Part shown: positions 48,728-58,213 of the stretch, in pieces
Position numbering within the stretch: the stretch's first letter is position 1
How the letters are laid out: every line of letters begins with the position of its first letter
Source: Candidatus Sulfobium sp.
Lineage (GTDB): Bacteria > Nitrospirota > Thermodesulfovibrionia > Thermodesulfovibrionales > UBA6898
Direction of reading: 5' to 3'
Assembly: GCA_037380845.1 (NCBI GenBank)
Contig: JARRRI010000003.1
Location: 36,531-100,530, forward strand
DNA length: 64,000 nt
Program-made: the position numbers and the translations under genes
Notes under the pieces: model-generated
The model's input: only the letters and a program-made list of their open reading frames with translations
Database searches by the model: none
What the model was told of the DNA's origin: nothing

Positions 48728-49168
48728 TTACTTCAAAATTTCTTCGATGACAGGCTTGGATTCGGTTTTCCTGCTTGAGACGCCGGTCCAGACCTTTACA
48801 GCGACAAAGGACAACGCGAAGGCTCCGAAGCCGAATACGGCAGATAATATGTCAGGGTCGGCATGAGGGAAGACCCGGCTCATTACGTTCTTGCCTATCA
48901 CAGCCCCTAAAACCAAAGCCAGCGCCGGCAGACCATAGACTATCACCGTGCCTTTGAGGTAAGTAAGAGATTTGACGCTTACCCTGACCGTCTCACCGAC
49001 CCTGGCACCGGCCTGGTTGAGAGCCTCGATTTCCATGCACTGATCTTCCTGTTTGCACCCCGCGGTACATCCATCGCACATGCTCTTGCGCGGCACCTCC
49101 ACGGTGGCCACAACACCATCTATGCTCTTTACAGTGCCGACTTCCTCTACCATGTAGAATTTTAACAT
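48728..49168 (-). CDS. RseC/MucC family membrane protein
   Basis: E.G.V, CDGC..C, A..G..V, VYGLP, two TM segments, KPVI. Confidence 0.82.
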   Translation of the reverse strand: MLKFYMVEEVGTVKSIDGVVATVEVPRKSMCDGCTAGCKQEDQCMEIEALNQAGARVGETVRVSVKSLTYLKGTVIVYGLPALALVLGAVIGKNVMSRVFPHADPDILSAVFGFGAFALSFVAVKVWTGVSSRKTESKPVIEEILK

Positions 49169-49428
49169 AGGGGTTTTAAAAAAATCTTTACGGGTCAGGC
49201 GGTCTGAACAGGCCCCTCAAGGTGCAGGAAACAACAAAAACAGCGTTAAAGCGGTATTGAAGGAAGCCGGGGAACAGGTTCACACTTGTGATGACACCCT
49301 AGTTCAGGATCTCACCTTGCAGTTCCGTTATTAAGGGTTCCATAATAGTGTCGGCCCAAAAACAGAAAGAGCATCTGCTGGAAAGGGGCGCTGATCCTGA
49401 ACTTGGAAACAGAAAGGATTTTCAGAAA

Positions 49429-50139
49429 TTGCCGAAAGGTTTCTTCATAACCGGAACCGATACCGGCGTGGGCAAGACCATAATAGCCGGGGCGGTAGCG
49501 GCCTTGTTGAAATTTCTGGGGTTGCGGACCGGGGTAATGAAGCCCGTGGAGAGTGGCTGTACCCGCAGAGGCAGTGAACTTATACCCCATGATGGAACTT
49601 TCCTGAGACAGATCGCCGGGACTGAGGACCCCATATCCGACGTCGCTCCCTCACTCTTTGAAAGTCCTTTGGCCCCAATGGCGGCGGCCGGGGTAGAGAA
49701 TAAGGATGTCGATGTGGCCCGTATCAAAGAGGTGTTTTCACTCATGTCGGCCAGATACGAGGCGCTTGTAGTTGAGGGCCTCGGCGGTCTGATGGTGCCG
49801 CTCAGGAGAGATTACTATATCCTCGACCTGGCCCGCGATTTCGGGCTGCCCCTCATCATCACGGCACGGCCCCGGCTCGGAACCATCAACCACACGCTCC
49901 TTACGGTGAACACCGCCGTGGAAAAAGGGCTGAAGGTTGCGGGCGTAGTCATCAATTACTCTTACCCGCCGCTAAATGACCTGGCGGAGGAGACAAACCT
50001 CGCGTTGTTGCCCCGGATACTGCCGGTAGATGTTGCAGGTGTCTTCCCATATGTCGAAAACCCGGACGGGGAATCAATCACCAAGGCCGCCATGGCAAAC
50101 CTCGACGTCAGTTTACTGAGAAAGAGCCTTCAGCTGTAA
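49429..50139 (+). CDS. bioD: Dethiobiotin synthase
   Basis: FITGTDTGVGKT, MKPVESG, VEGLGG, LGTINHTLLT; TTG start after AAGGA. Confidence 0.93.
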   Translation: MPKGFFITGTDTGVGKTIIAGAVAALLKFLGLRTGVMKPVESGCTRRGSELIPHDGTFLRQIAGTEDPISDVAPSLFESPLAPMAAAGVENKDVDVARIKEVFSLMSARYEALVVEGLGGLMVPLRRDYYILDLARDFGLPLIITARPRLGTINHTLLTVNTAVEKGLKVAGVVINYSYPPLNDLAEETNLALLPRILPVDVAGVFPYVENPDGESITKAAMANLDVSLLRKSLQL

Positions 50140-50218
50140 GCAGGGAGGAGCTGTCACATTTTTTGCAGGGTCATGCCTCTGTGTTGCCCGTCCGGGGATT
50201 TTCCAGCGAAGGGGGGCC

Positions 50219-51466
50219 TCAGAGTAAAACAGCGTCCAGAACATTCTTCTGTATGGGGCCGTAGGCAGTGATCGAAAAGAGGTGTTTCTTGATAAGCCTG
50301 TCAGCGAGGTCTTTGACCTGTTTGAGATCGACCCTCTCCACGGATTTCATGATTTCATCGGGCGAGATATACCTGCCGAAAAATATTTCCTGCCGGGCTA
50401 TGTTATTCATCCTGCTGCTGGTAGACTCAAGGCCGAGTATGAGATTCCCTTTCAGATGATTCTTGGCCCTTTCAAGTTCCGCATCGGTGAGGGTCTCTTT
50501 GAGGCCCAGCATTTCATCCAATATGACGTCGGCCACCTCCCTGATCCTCCGCTTGCTCACCCCGGCGTAAACACCCAGCAGGCCTGTGTCCACATAAGAG
50601 GAAGTGAAGGAGTATACCGAATAAGCCAGTCCCCTTCTCTCCCGTATTTCCTGAAAAAGGCGCGAACTCACCCCTGCTCCGAGGACAGTGTTCAGGAGGA
50701 AGAAGGCGTATCTCTCATCGCTCGTCTGCGAAAGGGCCGGTACCCCCACACATATATGCGCCTCCGCCATATCTTTGGTATAGACCCGTATGTCCCGCCT
50801 GAACTCCGGAGGACTTCCCTTCTTCGGCTCTGAACCATGGCGAAGCCCCCCAAACCGTCTGTCGAGAATGCCGATGAGTTCATCAGGTGCAAAATGACCG
50901 GCGCAGGAGATGACAATGTCCTTCGTGCCGTAATATCTCCTGATATGGGCCAGTATGTCGTCCCTGGTAAAAGAAGCTACGGTCTCTCTTCGCCCGAGGA
51001 TCGGCTGTCCGAGTCCCTCATTCCCCCAGACCGTCATGTTGAACAGGTCATGAACATAGTCGTCCGGGGTGTCTTCCACCATCTTTATCTCTTCCTTTAT
51101 TATCTTCTTTTCCTTTTCCAGTTCGTCCTCCGGGAAGACGGAATTCACCAGGACGTCGGAAAGGAGGTCGATCCCTTTGTCGAGATACTCATCAAGTACT
51201 TTTATGTAAAATGCCGTATGTTCTCTCGATGTAAAAGCGTTGAGGTCCCCGCCCATCGAATCTATCTCCACTGCGATGTCCCTGGTGTCTCTCTTCTTCG
51301 TCCCCTTGAAGAACATGTGTTCAAGGAAATGGGAGATGCCGTTCTGCTCAAGCGGTTCATACCGGGAGCCGACCTTGACCCACACCCCGACAGCAACCGA
51401 GCGGACCGTCTTGAAGGACTCCATAACGACCGGTATTCCGTTTTCGAGGTATTCCTTTTTGAACAT
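50219..51466 (-). CDS. M16 (pitrilysin-family) zinc peptidase
   Basis: HFLEH, NAFTSRE, SSRLFQEIRERRGLAYSV; follows pnp. Confidence 0.94.
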   Translation of the reverse strand: MFKKEYLENGIPVVMESFKTVRSVAVGVWVKVGSRYEPLEQNGISHFLEHMFFKGTKKRDTRDIAVEIDSMGGDLNAFTSREHTAFYIKVLDEYLDKGIDLLSDVLVNSVFPEDELEKEKKIIKEEIKMVEDTPDDYVHDLFNMTVWGNEGLGQPILGRRETVASFTRDDILAHIRRYYGTKDIVISCAGHFAPDELIGILDRRFGGLRHGSEPKKGSPPEFRRDIRVYTKDMAEAHICVGVPALSQTSDERYAFFLLNTVLGAGVSSRLFQEIRERRGLAYSVYSFTSSYVDTGLLGVYAGVSKRRIREVADVILDEMLGLKETLTDAELERAKNHLKGNLILGLESTSSRMNNIARQEIFFGRYISPDEIMKSVERVDLKQVKDLADRLIKKHLFSITAYGPIQKNVLDAVLL

Positions 51467-51560
51467 GTATGTCTCTTATGCCGCGGGGCCGGACAGGCTT
51501 GACCCGCTTCTTTCAGGATTCCGGGACTGCTTCCCGGGCCAGGACTTTGAAAAAGGCATT

Positions 51561-51586
51561 AAAAAAAGGGGATCTGACGTCCCCTC
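51561..51586 (-). terminator. Intrinsic terminator after pnp
   Basis: GAGGGGAC-GTCAG-ATCCCCTTTTTTT on the minus strand. Confidence 0.7.
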
Positions 51587-51609
51587 AAAGAAAACTTTTT
51601 TCGACCGGA

Positions 51610-53706
51610 TTAAACAGCCTTGGAACTGCCCTCGGCCAGGGCTTCTTTTCTGCTCAGCCGTATCCTTCCCATCTTGTCGATCTCGATGACCTTGACCATG
51701 ACCTCGTCTCCTTCCTTGACTATGTCCGTGACCTTTGCCACCCTTTTGTCGGCAAGCTGGGAGATATGAAGAAGTCCCTCGGTGCCGGGAAGTATCTCTA
51801 CGAAGGCCCCGAAATCCATTATCCTCTTCACCTTTCCGGTGTATATCTTGCCCAACTCGGCCTCGGCGGTTATGCCATTGATAATGTCGATGGCCTTCTG
51901 GGCCGCCAAGCCGTCTGAAGCGGCGATATTGATCAGGCCGCTATCGTCTATATCGATCTTTACCCCTGTCTGTTCGATGATGCCCCGGATAACCTTTCCC
52001 CCGGTGCCGATCACGTCACGTATCTTCTCCTGCTTTATGTGCATGGTGTAAATTCTCGGCGCATACATGGAAAGATCGCCCCGCGGTTTGGCAATAGTCT
52101 CCGCCATCTTACCCAGGATAAAGAGCCTTCCCTGTCTTGCCTGCTCCAGTGCCCTTTCCATTATCTCCCTCGATATGCCGCCTATCTTCGTATCCATCTG
52201 GAACGCACAGATGCCGTTCTCCGTCCCGGTGACCTTGAAATCCATATCACCCAGGTGGTCTTCGAGGCCGAGTATGTCGGTAAGCACTACGACCCTGTCT
52301 CCTTCCTTGATAAGACCCATCGCAATGCCGGCCACCGGGAGCTTTATCGGAACACCCGCGTCCATCAGGGCGAGGGTGCCGCCGCAGACCGTTGCCATCG
52401 ATGAGGAGCCGTTGGACTCCAGGATATCGGAAACAATCCTTACTGTATAAGGGAACTCGGTCTTTGTAGGCATTACGGCCTTCAGCGATCTTTCCGCCAG
52501 GATGCCGTGTCCTATTTCGCGCCTGCCGGGGGACCTCAGGGGTTTTACCTCACCCACGCTGAAAGGAGGAAAATTGTAATGCAGCATGAAGGTCTTGGAC
52601 GTCTCCCCTTCGAGTGAATCGATCCTCTGTTCATCCTCCGAAGTCCCCAGGGTGGCAACCGCAAGACACTGGGTTTCCCCCCTCACAAAAAGGGCGGACC
52701 CATGGGTCCTCGGCAGGATACCCGCTTCGGCGCTGATAGGTCTTATCTCGTCCGGGGTTCTTCCATCAGCCCGGACATTGTCGTTGAGTATCATGCTCCG
52801 GACAAGGTTCTTTTCTATATCATCAAAAACCGAGGAGATTCCCCGGGACATATCATCTTCACCCGTATTCAGTTCCTCGATCACTCCTTTTCGTATTTCA
52901 TCCAGGGCGTTCTGCCGCAGGATCTTGTCCGGTATAACGATCGCCTGCCTGATCTTTTCGAGAGCCAGATCCGAAACGCCTTTCTGGAGGACTTCGTCCA
53001 CAACGGGCTTGGTGAATGCCCTCTTTTCCCTGCCGACTTTCGACCTGAACTCCTCCTGGACCTCGCAGAGCCTTATGATCTCCCGATGGGCCAGATCGAT
53101 CGCCTCCAGGAGGTCGGCCTCGCTCATCTCCAGTGCGCTGCCCTCAACCATGGCGACCGCTTCCTTCGTTCCGGCAACGACCAGGTTTATGTCACATTCC
53201 TCGGCCTCTCTCAGATCAGGATTGATCACGAAGGAGCCTGAAACTCTCCCTATCCTCACGGCTCCGACGGGCCCGTTAAAGGGTATGTCTGAAATTGTAA
53301 GGGCGGCAGACATGCAGGTAATGCCGAGAATGTCGGCGATATTCTCTTCACCGTAAGACAGAACGTTGACAATCCCCTGCGTCTCATAGCTGAACCCCTT
53401 CGGAAAAAGGGGCCTCATGGGACGGTCGATAAGGCGGGACGTCAGAACTTCCTTTTCCGTGGGCCTTCCTTCTCTCTTAAAAAAACCGCCGGGTATCTTT
53501 CCGGCGGCATAGGTCTTTTCCTGGTAGTCAATCGTCAGAGGGAAAAAATCTATCCCCTCCTTAGGAGTCTTGCTGCTCACGGCCGTCGCCAGTATTACTG
53601 TATCGCCGTACTTCGCGACCACTGCTCCGTCGGCCTGCCTCGCCATTTTACCAGTCGTTAACTCCAGTTCCTTCCCGCGAACCTCAACATCAACACTATT
53701 TATCAT
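51610..53706 (-). CDS. pnp: Polyribonucleotide nucleotidyltransferase
   Basis: AGKIPGGFFKREG, RREIGHG, ESNGSSSMA, DHLGDMDFKV; KH and S1 domains. Confidence 0.98.
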   Translation of the reverse strand: MINSVDVEVRGKELELTTGKMARQADGAVVAKYGDTVILATAVSSKTPKEGIDFFPLTIDYQEKTYAAGKIPGGFFKREGRPTEKEVLTSRLIDRPMRPLFPKGFSYETQGIVNVLSYGEENIADILGITCMSAALTISDIPFNGPVGAVRIGRVSGSFVINPDLREAEECDINLVVAGTKEAVAMVEGSALEMSEADLLEAIDLAHREIIRLCEVQEEFRSKVGREKRAFTKPVVDEVLQKGVSDLALEKIRQAIVIPDKILRQNALDEIRKGVIEELNTGEDDMSRGISSVFDDIEKNLVRSMILNDNVRADGRTPDEIRPISAEAGILPRTHGSALFVRGETQCLAVATLGTSEDEQRIDSLEGETSKTFMLHYNFPPFSVGEVKPLRSPGRREIGHGILAERSLKAVMPTKTEFPYTVRIVSDILESNGSSSMATVCGGTLALMDAGVPIKLPVAGIAMGLIKEGDRVVVLTDILGLEDHLGDMDFKVTGTENGICAFQMDTKIGGISREIMERALEQARQGRLFILGKMAETIAKPRGDLSMYAPRIYTMHIKQEKIRDVIGTGGKVIRGIIEQTGVKIDIDDSGLINIAASDGLAAQKAIDIINGITAEAELGKIYTGKVKRIMDFGAFVEILPGTEGLLHISQLADKRVAKVTDIVKEGDEVMVKVIEIDKMGRIRLSRKEALAEGSSKAV

Positions 53707-53711
53707 TCGTT

Positions 53712-53978
53712 CTATTTCCTGATTCCAAGCCGACCAATAATATTATCGTATCGCTCTTTATTTGTTTTCTTGAGATAGTCAAGTAGCTTCCTCCTCTGCC
53801 CGACAAGCTTCAGCAACCCCCTGCGTGAATGGTGGTCTTTCGTATGAATTCTGAAATGGTCGGTTAGATATCCGATTCTCTCGCTCAGTATCGCAATCTG
53901 GACTTCCGGCGATCCGGTGTCCTTCTCGTGCAGCTTGAAATCGCTTATGATCTGTGACTTGTTCTTTTCGATTGCCAT
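53712..53978 (-). CDS. rpsO: 30S ribosomal protein S15
   Basis: [32 protein letters not shown]. Confidence 0.98.
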   Translation of the reverse strand: MAIEKNKSQIISDFKLHEKDTGSPEVQIAILSERIGYLTDHFRIHTKDHHSRRGLLKLVGQRRKLLDYLKKTNKERYDNIIGRLGIRK

Positions 53979-54115
53979 CAAATCACCACCTTTCTTCTTT
54001 TTCTATAAGTGTAAGATTAGCACATGCCGCCTGATTCTGTAAAGATTTCGCAGGAGACCAAGGGGTAACAAACCCCGGGCTTCCTTGCGTAAACTTCTTC
54101 GGGAGAATCCTTTCT

Positions 54116-54196
54116 GTCGCCATTCCCGGAGCAGTAATCGGGAATTCATATTTCTTTATTGAAGGAACATGGATTCCCGCCTGCGGAAATGACGGC
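54116..54196. repeat. Degenerate REP/MITE-like palindromic element
   Basis: GCCATTCCCG...CGGGAATTCA and TGGATTCCCGCCTGCGGAAATGAC, resembling the GTCATTCCCG...GGGAATGAC repeat type. Confidence 0.55.
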
Positions 54197-54297
54197 CTGA
54201 AAAACAGACAAGCTGTTAAAGCGTCAGGTATTTTACCCTAAATCGTTAAAAAATGCTAAAAAAGCAGCAGGCAGCGTGCTGCCTGCAAAGTCGGCGT

Positions 54298-55950
54298 TCA
54301 CTTCATTATGGCTCCTTCGCCGGCCGAACTGACCGACCTGGCGTACCTTGCAAGATACCCCTTTGTGATCTTCGGCGAAGGCTTCTTCCATGACTTGAGC
54401 CTTTCCTTTATCTCATCCCCGGATATCAGCAACTCTACAGACCTCTTTGGGATATCGATCCTTATCCGGTCTCCGTCGGATACTACTGCCAGCGGCCCTC
54501 CTTCCATCGCCTCCGGCGATATGTGCCCTATACACGGCCCCCTTGTACCCCCGGAAAACCGGCCGTCGGTGATAAGGGCCACGGATTCGCTCAATCCCAT
54601 GCCCGCGATAGCCGATGTCGGGGAGAGCATCTCCCTCATGCCCGGACCGCCCTTGGGACCCTCATACCGTATCACCACTACGCTACCCGGCTTCACCTTC
54701 CCTGCGAGTATCGCCTTCATCGATTCTTCCTCCGAGTCGAACACAACGGCCATCCCCTGGAATTTCATCATTTTTTTACTGACAGCGGATTGTTTCACCA
54801 CCGCGCCGCCGGGAGCCAGGTTGCCCTTCAGTATCGCGATTCCGCCCTGTTTGTGATGGGCCTTATCAAGCGGCCTGACAACGTCTTCATCAAGAATCTC
54901 GGCAGCATCCGCTATTGAGCGGATTGACTTTCCGCTTACAGTAATATTATCACGGAGGTTTCCCCTCAACCTCTTGAGCACGGCCGGTATCCCGCCCGCA
55001 TATTCCAGGTCTTCGAGGTAGTTCTTCCCCCCCGGCAGCATGTCCGCTATGTGCGGAGTGCTAAGGGCCAGCGTGTCGAATACCTCAAGCGGCAGGCGGA
55101 CGCCGGCGTCATGTGCTATGGCAGGAATATGCAACACCGTATTCGTGGAGCCCCCGAGCGCCAAGTCGACCATTATGGCGTTTTCGAAGGCCTTCCTGTT
55201 CATGACCTTTCTGGGTGTCACATTCCTTTTGACAAGGCCGACTACCCTGCGACCGCTTTCGAACGCTATCCGTCTTTTCCTGGAAGAGACGGCCAGGGCA
55301 GTTGCGCAGCCTTCGAGACTCATACCAAGCGCCTCGGTCACGCAGGCCATCGTATTTGCAGTGTACATACCCTGACACGATCCCGCGCCGGGGCAGGCAC
55401 AGGTCTCCAGTACCTCGACTTCTTCGTCTTTAATCAGACCCTTTTTATACTTCCCAACGGCCTCAAACGTATCGCTGGTCAGATTCAGCCTTCTCCCCTT
55501 GTATCGGCCGGAATACATCGGCCCGGCCGTTACGACTATGGAAGGGATATTCAGGCGCCCCGCCGCCATGAGCATGCCGGGAGTAATCTTGTCGCAATTG
55601 GTCAACAGCACCAGCCCGTCAAGCCTGTGGGCCTCCGCGACCGTCTCGACCATGTCAGCTATCAGCTCCCGTGAGGCGAGCGAATAATGCATCCCCCCGT
55701 GTCCCATCGCGATGCCGTCACATATACCGGGTATGCCGAAGAAGAAAGGATACCCGCCGGCCGTGTGGACGCCTTTCTCGATAAACCTTTCAAGGTCCCT
55801 CATGCCTATATGGCCGGGGATCAGATCTGTAAAACTTGTCGCAACACCGATAAAGGGCTTACCGATCTCGGTCTTCGGGATCCCGGTTGCATATAGCAAA
55901 GCCCGGTGAGGAAGGCGCTCTATGCCCTTCTTTATGACATCGCTTCTCAT
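54298..55950 (-). CDS. ilvD: Dihydroxy-acid dehydratase
   Basis: [47 protein letters not shown]. Confidence 0.97.
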   Translation of the reverse strand: MRSDVIKKGIERLPHRALLYATGIPKTEIGKPFIGVATSFTDLIPGHIGMRDLERFIEKGVHTAGGYPFFFGIPGICDGIAMGHGGMHYSLASRELIADMVETVAEAHRLDGLVLLTNCDKITPGMLMAAGRLNIPSIVVTAGPMYSGRYKGRRLNLTSDTFEAVGKYKKGLIKDEEVEVLETCACPGAGSCQGMYTANTMACVTEALGMSLEGCATALAVSSRKRRIAFESGRRVVGLVKRNVTPRKVMNRKAFENAIMVDLALGGSTNTVLHIPAIAHDAGVRLPLEVFDTLALSTPHIADMLPGGKNYLEDLEYAGGIPAVLKRLRGNLRDNITVSGKSIRSIADAAEILDEDVVRPLDKAHHKQGGIAILKGNLAPGGAVVKQSAVSKKMMKFQGMAVVFDSEEESMKAILAGKVKPGSVVVIRYEGPKGGPGMREMLSPTSAIAGMGLSESVALITDGRFSGGTRGPCIGHISPEAMEGGPLAVVSDGDRIRIDIPKRSVELLISGDEIKERLKSWKKPSPKITKGYLARYARSVSSAGEGAIMK

Positions 55951-56016
55951 AATACCCCCTTGAAAAATATGGATTGAAAAAAGAAAAGGCTAAAAAGCAA
56001 GAACTGCATTCCGCCA

Positions 56017-56048
56017 CAGCCCCTCCCAGCTGAAATGGGAGGGGCTGC
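56017..56048. terminator. Strong hairpin between the DUF465 gene and ilvD
   Basis: CAGCCCCTCCCA...TGGGAGGGGCTG. Confidence 0.5.
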
Positions 56049-56091
56049 AACGAAAAAAATTTAAAGTGCCAAGAGTTTCTTATGTAAAATC

Positions 56092-56322
56092 TTAATTGAA
56101 GGGATGGCTCTTTCTGAAGTCCCTGATAAGCTCAGCCATCTTGTCTTTCTTGAGAAGCTTCTTCTTCTGCAACTTCTTCCTCTCGACTTCTTCCTCCGCG
56201 GTAAGATAAATCTTCTTGTCGATCTCGGACAACATGTCCTCCAGACTATGGTGCTCTTCCATCAGTTTCTTGAATTCCACATTCTCCCTGGCCAGATTGT
56301 CTGCAATCTCCTGTTCTTTCAA
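56092..56322 (-). CDS. YdcH/DUF465 family protein
   Basis: EFKKLMEEHHSLE...LQKKKLLKKDKM; AGGAGG RBS before TTG 56322. Confidence 0.8.
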   Translation of the reverse strand: MKEQEIADNLARENVEFKKLMEEHHSLEDMLSEIDKKIYLTAEEEVERKKLQKKKLLKKDKMAELIRDFRKSHPFN

Positions 56323-56611
56323 CTTTTTTCCTCCTTTCGGGAAAAAATTATTAAAAAACCGGCTTAGCCGGCTGGGTGTCATGGAACTGAAGAAAAGTTG
56401 GGAAGATAAAGACGGTAACGGATATTTTTTCAGGAGTGACGCTTCAATCGAATGATCTGACGATTTCGTTCGCATACCCTGTCTATAGAATAAAACTTTC
56501 GGGCAAAATTATCAAACAGAATCGTAAGCCGCCAATCTAACAGTTGACGGGAAACTTGTAGCCCTCTTCCCTGGCCGGCACAAGGCGACGGTGTGATGCC
56601 TCCCAGGCAGG

Positions 56612-57100
56612 TTACTGGTTTTCGAGTATCCTCACCTTCATCTCGACGCGCTCGTCCGGGTTGTCCCTGGAGTCCCTGGGCTGGCTTACGATCTTGTCCA
56701 CAGTGTCCATACCCGAGACGACTTCCCCGAACACCGTATAATTTCTGTCAAGGAAGGGGGCATCCGCCACACAGATGAAAAACTGGGAGCCCGCGCTGTC
56801 CGGATCAGAAGCCCTCGCCATCGACAGGGTCCCTCTCTTGTGCGGCCTGCTGCTGAATTCGGCCTTGACGGCATAGCCGGGGCCTCCCATACCATGTTGT
56901 GACTTATCATGCTTCTTCGAATTCGGATCTCCGCCCTGTACCATAAACCCGGGGATGACCCTGTGGAAGGTCGTGCCGTCATAAAAGCCCTTCCTGGCAA
57001 GTTCGATGAAATTATTAACATGGTTCGGAGCAACATCGGGAAAGAATTTCAGTTCGATGTTACCGAATCCGGTCTCTATCACTGCCCTGTTTTCCGCCAT
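56612..57100 (-). CDS. Cyclophilin-type peptidyl-prolyl isomerase
   Basis: FHRVIPGFMVQGGDP, LSMAR, SAGSQFFI, YTVFGEV. Confidence 0.95.
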   Translation of the reverse strand: MAENRAVIETGFGNIELKFFPDVAPNHVNNFIELARKGFYDGTTFHRVIPGFMVQGGDPNSKKHDKSQHGMGGPGYAVKAEFSSRPHKRGTLSMARASDPDSAGSQFFICVADAPFLDRNYTVFGEVVSGMDTVDKIVSQPRDSRDNPDERVEMKVRILENQ

Positions 57101-57214
57101 CTTCTCTATCTCCTTTTAACTGAATTTTTCCGACCCGCCGCGCTGCAGCACTCTGCGCCGGAAGGGCCGTGCACGCCGGCAAAGAGAGACATAACAGCAC
57201 CTTCGCAGCCCGCT

Positions 57215-58213
57215 TTACCCGTCCCACCCCGCATCTTCGGCCCCTCCTGCAACGATATCCTTCAAGGCGGAGATGAAAAGGGGTGACGTATTCAGAGATT
57301 CAGTCCTTTCCAGTCTCACACCCATTCCTTCAGCCATGCGCCTGTATAATATATCAATCTCATACAGCGTTTCTATATGGTCGGACACGAAACTTATGGG
57401 GACAACGAGAAGGTTCCTGACCCCTTTTCCGGCGAGATGCCCGATCATGTGGTCCGTCGAAGGTTCCAGCCACTTGACCGGCCCGCTCCTGGACTGGAAA
57501 GACAGGTCGTAGGGGATGTCGATTTTCTTTACGACCTCGCTGATAGTGCCCTTTACCTGATCGACATACGGGTCTCCTTCTTCAATGAATCTGACAGGCA
57601 GACTGTGGGCACTGAAAAGAAGATGTACGGGGTCCGCGGAGTCCCGGAAATTCTTTACCCCTTCTTTTATATTTTTGACCAGAGCCTCGATGTAAAGCGG
57701 ATGATCATACCAGGATGATTTTTTGATAAAGCGCAGCGGCAGCCCCTTGGCTACCTGCTCGAACCTGGCAACCGACGAACCCGTAGTGGCGACGGAATAG
57801 TGGGGATAAAGGCTGAGGACGACCAGTCTCTCGATACCTTCCCGGCATATCAGGGGGACCACGTCCTCTATAAAAGGATGCCAGTATCTCATGCCCACGA
57901 AGACTCTGAATCCCGGCCCTCCGGACGAGTTGAGTTCTTCTTCAAGTTTCCGGGCCTGTGCGGTCGTGATATCAAGAATGGGCGATTTCCCGCCTATCTG
58001 TTTATAGAAACCCTCGGTCTTCCCGTGGCGCATCGTGGATATGAGACGTGCCAGCGGCCGCTGCATGAATGAAGGACCCAGCCTGATGATGTCACGGTCC
58101 GAAAAGAGGTTGAAGAGGAACGGCTTCACCGCTGACAGTGAATCCGGCCCCCCCAGGTTCAGAAGCAGCACCCCGATCACTCCGCCGGTCTCCACTCTGA
58201 CCTCAGTCGCCAC
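57215..58213 (-). CDS. hemH: Ferrochelatase
   Basis: LLNLGGP, GGKSP, GMRYWHP, FSAHSLP, GDPY, FVSDHIETLYEID. Confidence 0.95.
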   Translation of the reverse strand: MATEVRVETGGVIGVLLLNLGGPDSLSAVKPFLFNLFSDRDIIRLGPSFMQRPLARLISTMRHGKTEGFYKQIGGKSPILDITTAQARKLEEELNSSGGPGFRVFVGMRYWHPFIEDVVPLICREGIERLVVLSLYPHYSVATTGSSVARFEQVAKGLPLRFIKKSSWYDHPLYIEALVKNIKEGVKNFRDSADPVHLLFSAHSLPVRFIEEGDPYVDQVKGTISEVVKKIDIPYDLSFQSRSGPVKWLEPSTDHMIGHLAGKGVRNLLVVPISFVSDHIETLYEIDILYRRMAEGMGVRLERTESLNTSPLFISALKDIVAGGAEDAGWDG

